Shown piece after piece: positions 60,772 through 64,000 of a stretch of 64,000 nucleotides of DNA. Source of the DNA: Paraphysomonas bandaiensis (taxonomy: Eukaryota; Protista; Chrysophyceae). The stretch lies in contig CBFFRP010000141.1 of assembly GCA_965644295.1 (NCBI GenBank), positions 1 to 64,000 on the forward strand, written 5' to 3'. Each line of letters opens with the position of its first letter. The first letter of the stretch is position 1. Position numbers and translations under genes: made by a program. The notes under the pieces were generated by a model. The model did not search any database. It saw only the letters and a list, made by a program, of their open reading frames with translations, and was not told the DNA's origin.

Positions 60772-63722
60772 GAGTGAGATGGTATAGTGTATATAGTTAG
60801 ATGGTATAGGGATGTATATATTGAGCTAGTATAGTGGCATATATTGAGATGGTATAGTGGTATATATTGATATGGTATAGTGGTATATAGTGATATGGTA
60901 TAGTGTTATATAGTGATATGGTATAGTGGTATATAGTGGGATGGTATCTGCGTGTATTGTGAGATGGTACAGTGGTTGTATAGTGAGATGGTATAGTGTA
61001 TATAGTTAGATGGTATATGGGTGAATCGTAATATGGTATAGTGGCATATGGTGAGATGGTATAGTGATATGGTATAGTAGTGGTATATAGTGAGATGGTA
61101 TAGTGATGTACAGTGAGATAGTATAGTGACATATGGTGAGATGGTATAGTGGTATATAGTGGGATGGTATCTGGGTGTATAGTGAGATGGTACAGTGGTT
61201 GTATAGTGAGATGGTATCTGGATGTATAGTGAGATGGTATAGTGATGTATAGTGAAATAGTATAGTGACATATGGTGAGATGGTATAGTGGTATATAGTG
61301 GGATGGTATCTGGGTGTGTAGTGAGATGGTATAGTGATGTATAGTGAGATGGTATAGTGGTATATAGTGAGATGGTATATTAGCATAGTTAGATGGCATA
61401 GTGATATATAGTTAGATGGTATAGTGGTATAATATAGTGAGATGGTAGAGTGATGTATAGTGAGATAGTATAGTGGCATATGGTGAGATGGTATAGTGAT
61501 ATATAGTGATATGGTATAGTAGTGGTATATAGTGATATGATATAGTGGTATATAGTGGGATGGTATAGTGGTGAATAGTAATATGGTATAGGGATGTATA
61601 GTGAGATGGTATATTAGCATAGTTAGATGGATAGTGATATATAGTTAGTTGGTACAGTGGTTGTATAGTGAGATGGTATAGTGGTATATAGTGAGATAGT
61701 ATAGTGGCATATGGTGAGATGGTATAGTGATGTATAGTGAAATAGTATAGTGACATATGGTGAGATGGTATAGTGGTATATAGTGAGATGGTATAGTGGT
61801 ATATAGTGGGATGGTATCTGGGTGTGTAGTGAGATGGTATAGTGATGTATAGTGAGATGGTATAGTGGTATATAGTGAGATGGTATATTAGCATAGTTAG
61901 ATGGCATAGTGATATATAGTTAGATGGTATAGTGGTATAGTATAGTGAGATGGTAGAGTGATGTATAGTGAGATAGTATAGTGGCATATGGTGAGATGGT
62001 ATAGTGATATATAGTGATATGGTATAGTAGTGGTATATAGTGAGATGGTATAGTGGTATATAGTGGGATGGTATAGTGGTGAATAGTAATATGGTATAGG
62101 GATGTATAGTGAGATGGTATATTAGCATAGTTAGATGGATAGTGATATATAGTTAGATGGTACAGTGGTTGTATAGTGAGATGGTATAGTGGTATATAGT
62201 GAGATAGTATAGTGGCATATGGTGAGATGGTATAGTGATGTATAGTGAGATGGTATAGTGGTATAATATAGTGATGTATAGTGAGGTAGTATATGGGTGT
62301 ATAGTGAAATATAAAAGAATATCTGATTATTACATGAGAACGGTTGCGTACAGAAACTAGTTTTACATCTATAGAATAACTAATAACTCGACTTACTATA
62401 TACTACTAGTGGCGGGCTACCGTCTCGGGACTGCTTGTGCATCGCTGCGAGCACCATGGTTCAACCGTCCCTTGCAGTGAGGTTAATCGGGGGGTCTGCC
62501 TTTGGGCAGTGTGTCTGCCGGGCCTGTATCGTGAGTTTTACGGGGGATGGTTGGGGCTAGATGTATATGAGAGTGTAAGTCGGTGGTGTAGATGGTGCTC
62601 GTTGTCGAGGTGGGATTTCGACCACAAGTAAGGAGGAATTGTTTCCGGAGTGGTGGTGCTTGTCTCTGTCGGGTTCGGACTCTTGCAGCGGATAGAATTC
62701 TTGGGGTGGATGTCGCTAGGAGTAGTTGGAGTATTTTTGGTGTCGGGTGAGTATCCTGCGACGGGCGTTGCTGTGAGTGTGGTGGGGTCGTAATCGGTGT
62801 TACTGATGCCGTGTCTGTGTTGTGATGTCTGAGACCTCTGTTTCGAAGCATGCGGAGCCCTCCACCATATAGGGGAAGGAGGATAGAGGTTACGGATTTT
62901 TCGAGAACGTGGAACTGATGTTCGAGCAGTGAGCTGGATATGTGGCGTCCGAATGCGTCGGTCAATTGTGTGGCAGTAATGTGGCCGGTCCAGTAGCGCT
63001 CAACCTGGGATGTGTGTGGATTCCATGCGGCTTTTGCTAGTTTGATTATGGCGGTGTGAAACCAGGGATGGGGGAGCGTGCGTGTGCGAAGTTTGTCGAA
63101 CTTGTTGTGGTGTGCTTGGTGAACATCTTCACGTATGTGAGTGAGGTCCGGGTGTGTGCAGGTGAGAAACATGTGTGCCATGTTGTCGATTGGGAGTGCA
63201 CAGTCTGCGCATGCTGAGGCCGTTGTTATGTGATCAGGCCCGGTTTTTCCTTTGGCTTGGTTTCTGCCCATCGCGCATGATTTGTCCCATACGTAGATGT
63301 ATAGTGAAATGGTATATGGGTGTATAGTGAGATAGTGTAGTGATGTATAGTTAGGTGGTATAGTGGTATACAGTAGATGGTATAGTGGTATAATATAGTG
63401 GGATGGTATAGTGATGCATAGTAATATGGTATGGGTGTATAGTGAGATGGTATATGGGTGTGAGATGGTATATGGGTGTATAGTGAGATAGTGTAGTGAT
63501 GTATAGTTAGGTGGTATAGTGGTATACAGTAGATGGTATAGTGGTATAATATAGTGGGATGGTATAGTGATGCATAGTAATATGGTATGGGTGTATAGTG
63601 AGATGGTATATGGGTGTGAGATGGTATATGGGTGTATAGTGAGATGGTATGTGGGTGTATTCTGAGATGGTATAGTGATGTTTAGTGAGATGGTAAAGTG
63701 GTGTATAGTGAGATGGTTATAG
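60772..63722. repeat. Strand-biased complex minisatellite of 10- and 13-bp units (gtatatagtg / ggtatagtgagat)
   Basis: C-poor top strand. Higher-order duplications with ~508-nt and 156-nt periods. Interrupted at 62311-63297. Confidence 0.93.
62311..63297 (-). mobile_element. 5'-truncated LINE-like fragment (987 bp) inserted in the minisatellite, 13-bp TSD
   Basis: Open frame with CCHC knuckle (CADC-x7-H-x4-C) ending PKGRPPD, then ~170 nt 3' UTR. tgtatagtgaaat at 62298-62310 and 63298-63310. Confidence 0.82.
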
Positions 63723-63899
63723 TTCATACTTGTGAACTGTATGTAATATATATGTGTAGTCGGTGACTTTTATTGCTGTAAAACTGAAGTAATATGGAAG
63801 AAATTAGTAAAAAATATTATAAATAATACTTTTCATACTGTTATTATCTTCATAGTTACTTATTGTGCATAGTTATACCCTTTTCCAACCATCATCAAA

Positions 63900-63990
63900 A
63901 ATTTCACCAGGTTTTACATCAAAACCCAGGTTTTGGTATTACCTCGACTTTACATTAATTCTAACTCTTACATTCACAGTCTATTTCAGT
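63900..63990 (-). repeat. Fragment related to the module B / family A tail
   Basis: ccaggttttggtattacctcgactt is the exact reverse complement of 57080-57104. Confidence 0.6.
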
Positions 63991-64000
63991 TTCTCACTAC

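Noticed and set aside
60797-62300. His/Tyr/Ile-rich ORFs of 100-240 aa
   Set aside because: Artefacts of the strand-biased minisatellite; they overlap in several frames.

Overview
This is eukaryotic genomic DNA from a flagellated protist, probably a stramenopile (inferred from the axonemal dynein, short 45-60 nt introns, oomycete-type ankyrin repeats and a Crinkler-like gene). Housekeeping genes are an outer-arm dynein heavy chain (~4,626 aa, 4 exons), a SAM methyltransferase, PEX3, an LMBR1-like protein, a kinesin, UBA3, a DEK-C/Myb (Reb1/TTF1-like) protein, an Mpr1/Spt10-type GNAT, an IQ protein, TFIIIC subunit 6 and an SSXT-zinc finger-Myb protein. Between them lie an accessory block at 30-38 kb (ankyrin and ABCB pseudogenes, an intact NTPase-nuclease gene, a Copia relic), DNA-transposon derivatives, and a repeat-dense right end. 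Two observations stand out. First, a candidate retroposon pair: 5'-truncated LINE-like fragments and a ~480-bp non-coding, hairpin-rich element without a tRNA head. They share a covarying GNRA-hairpin motif and the same non-poly(A) 3' terminus, and three insertions each have a 13-bp target-site duplication. Second, a near-perfect 233-bp tandem array built from two alternating ~95-nt hairpins that keep their pairing despite different sequence and show a strong + strand G-U bias. All family assignments come from motif recognition by eye; no database searches or folding programs were run.
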